IMG/VR virus record: IMGVR_UViG_3300005573_000057
Span: 64,001 to 128,000 of that record
Strand: one strand, 5' to 3'
DNA: 64,000 bases
DNA from: a virus
Below, piece after piece: positions 62,474 to 64,000 of this stretch. The position numbers and the translations under genes are program-made. The notes under the pieces were generated by a model. It had not been told where the DNA came from. It saw only the letters and a list, made by a program, of their open reading frames with translations, and searched no databases. Numbering within the stretch: the stretch's first letter is position 1; every line of letters begins with the position of its first letter.

Positions 62474-64000
62474 TGACTACACAGACATTCAACACTAGTG
62501 CTTTTAGTACCTCGATGGCTCAACGTTTCGTGGACGATGTGCTATACAACACTGGAAACTACTTTGTCGGTTATGGATACGGGATTCCTTGGGGCAATCC
62601 CGATATTCCTCCGACCCTGTATGACAATGCTCAAACCGAGTTGACTGCTCGGCGCAACCTCATTTTCGTCAAACGCTTGACAGATCCTCAAATTGTGTTT
62701 GGAACTGTTCGCCATGATTGGGTGAGTGGAACGGTTTATGACTTCTATGACGATGCAATATCCCCAACAAACCCGGCACACTCTGGCGCTACAAGCCTTG
62801 AAACATCCATTTTTTATGTTTTAACACCACAAAATAACGTTTATAAGTGTCTATTCAATAATTATTCTTCTCCATCAACAGTGATGCCTACTGGCACATC
62901 AACTAATCTGTTGTACACTGCTGATGGATATGTGTGGAAATTCCTGTACACGGTTCCTCCTTATCTGGTCAATTCGTTTCTTGATTCGAATAATTTGCCG
63001 GTTGTGCGATCTGTTCAATCGAATTTTTACAGTGGTGGGAGCATTTCTGCTGTAACGATTACGAATCCCGGAAGCGGTTATACAAGCGCATCTATCAGTA
63101 TTAACGGGGATGGATCAAGTGCAACGAATTCGTTTTTGATTCAATCTTTGACGATTACTGCTGCTGGTTCTGGATATACGTCAAGTCCAACGATTACTTT
63201 TCAAGCTCCGCAATCAACAGGAACCGGAAATGTTACTGCTGTTGGAAAAACAACTATCAATGCTGCTGGTCAGGTTACAACGGCAACTTTAACTGTAACA
63301 GGATATGGGTATACATCTTCACCAACGATTACTGTGAGTTCTCCGGTTGGAAGCTATATTCTTTGGAATCCGGGAACGGTAGTGATTGGTGGTCAAGTTT
63401 TGTTTACTGGAACAAACTACTATACAGTAACACAGGGCGGCACAACAGGCACAACGGCTCCTACGGCAACTTCTGGAAGCATTTCGGATGGGGGGGCAAC
63501 ATTGGCTTTCTCCGGTTCTCAAGCCATTCTTACGGTAAACGGAGTCTCAAACCCAGCAAAATTTACACCAAATATTGCGAATGGTCAAATCACTTCGGTT
63601 ACGATCAATGATCCCGGAATTGGTTATAGCTATGCCGATTTGGTCGTAACTGGAAACGGAAGTGGGGCTTCTATTTCCCCTGTTATCTCAACATCCGACC
63701 TGACAACAAACCAATCAACAGTCGAATTAACTGCCGTCAAAGGGTCACTAAGTTCAATTCTTGTAACCAATGGTGGTCAAGGATATAGCACAGCAAATGT
63801 TGTTATTAGCGGCGATGGGAGTGGGGCGACTGCAACTGCTACCGTCACCAACGGTAGAATTACCAATGTCCTTCTTACAAACATTGGTTCTGGATATACC
63901 TACGCAACTGCAACGATAACCGGAAATGGAAGTGGCGCTACCTTGCGTGTCATTGTTGCTCCCATGAATGGTCATGGGTGGAACGCGGTTGATGAACTCA
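62473..64000 (+). CDS. Baseplate wedge gp8-like protein with beta-rich repeat insertion, partial (absent from the ORF track)
   Basis: Open from ATG 62473 to the window end: RHDWVSGTVYD.Y, FYV.T....VYKCLFNN, DGYVWKFLY, repeated ITNPGSGY-like units, then GHG.NAVDEL. Confidence 0.85.
   Translation, partial: MTTQTFNTSAFSTSMAQRFVDDVLYNTGNYFVGYGYGIPWGNPDIPPTLYDNAQTELTARRNLIFVKRLTDPQIVFGTVRHDWVSGTVYDFYDDAISPTNPAHSGATSLETSIFYVLTPQNNVYKCLFNNYSSPSTVMPTGTSTNLLYTADGYVWKFLYTVPPYLVNSFLDSNNLPVVRSVQSNFYSGGSISAVTITNPGSGYTSASISINGDGSSATNSFLIQSLTITAAGSGYTSSPTITFQAPQSTGTGNVTAVGKTTINAAGQVTTATLTVTGYGYTSSPTITVSSPVGSYILWNPGTVVIGGQVLFTGTNYYTVTQGGTTGTTAPTATSGSISDGGATLAFSGSQAILTVNGVSNPAKFTPNIANGQITSVTINDPGIGYSYADLVVTGNGSGASISPVISTSDLTTNQSTVELTAVKGSLSSILVTNGGQGYSTANVVISGDGSGATATATVTNGRITNVLLTNIGSGYTYATATITGNGSGATLRVIVAPMNGHGWNAVDEL

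Noticed and set aside
1-64000. Stop-codon reassignment
   Set aside because: Core genes are full length in the standard code, TAA, TAG and TGA all terminate genes, and no suppressor tRNA was seen.

Overview
This 64 kb window is a segment of a large T4-superfamily (myovirus-like) bacteriophage genome. Positions 1-44.6 kb are mostly on the minus strand. They carry replication, recombination and nucleotide-metabolism genes (Rnl2-type ligase, regA, gp62/44/45/43, rnh, gp32, gp41, uvsX, phoH, nrdAB, gp33), a complete prkA(yeaG)-yeaH-spoVR operon, many small early genes behind sigma70 promoters, eight tRNA or tRNA-like genes and a circularly permuted tmRNA. A 1.2 kb noncoding switch region (44.6-45.9 kb) holds a run of predicted stem-loops and 10-nt tandem repeats. 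The plus-strand arm encodes gp3-like, uvsY, uvsW, gp55, gp47, gp46, a glycosyltransferase, a cluster of proteins with T4-type capsid-targeting N-termini (ADP-ribosyltransferase-like and P-loop kinase-like), and baseplate gp25/gp6/gp7/gp8. IS200/IS605-superfamily elements are abundant: one intact IscB with its omegaRNA, three IscB-less derivatives, three intact TnpBs, orphan ends, and one TnpB-type element whose tnpB is replaced by a passenger gene. No tnpA is present. All calls come from reading motifs by eye; no database search was run.
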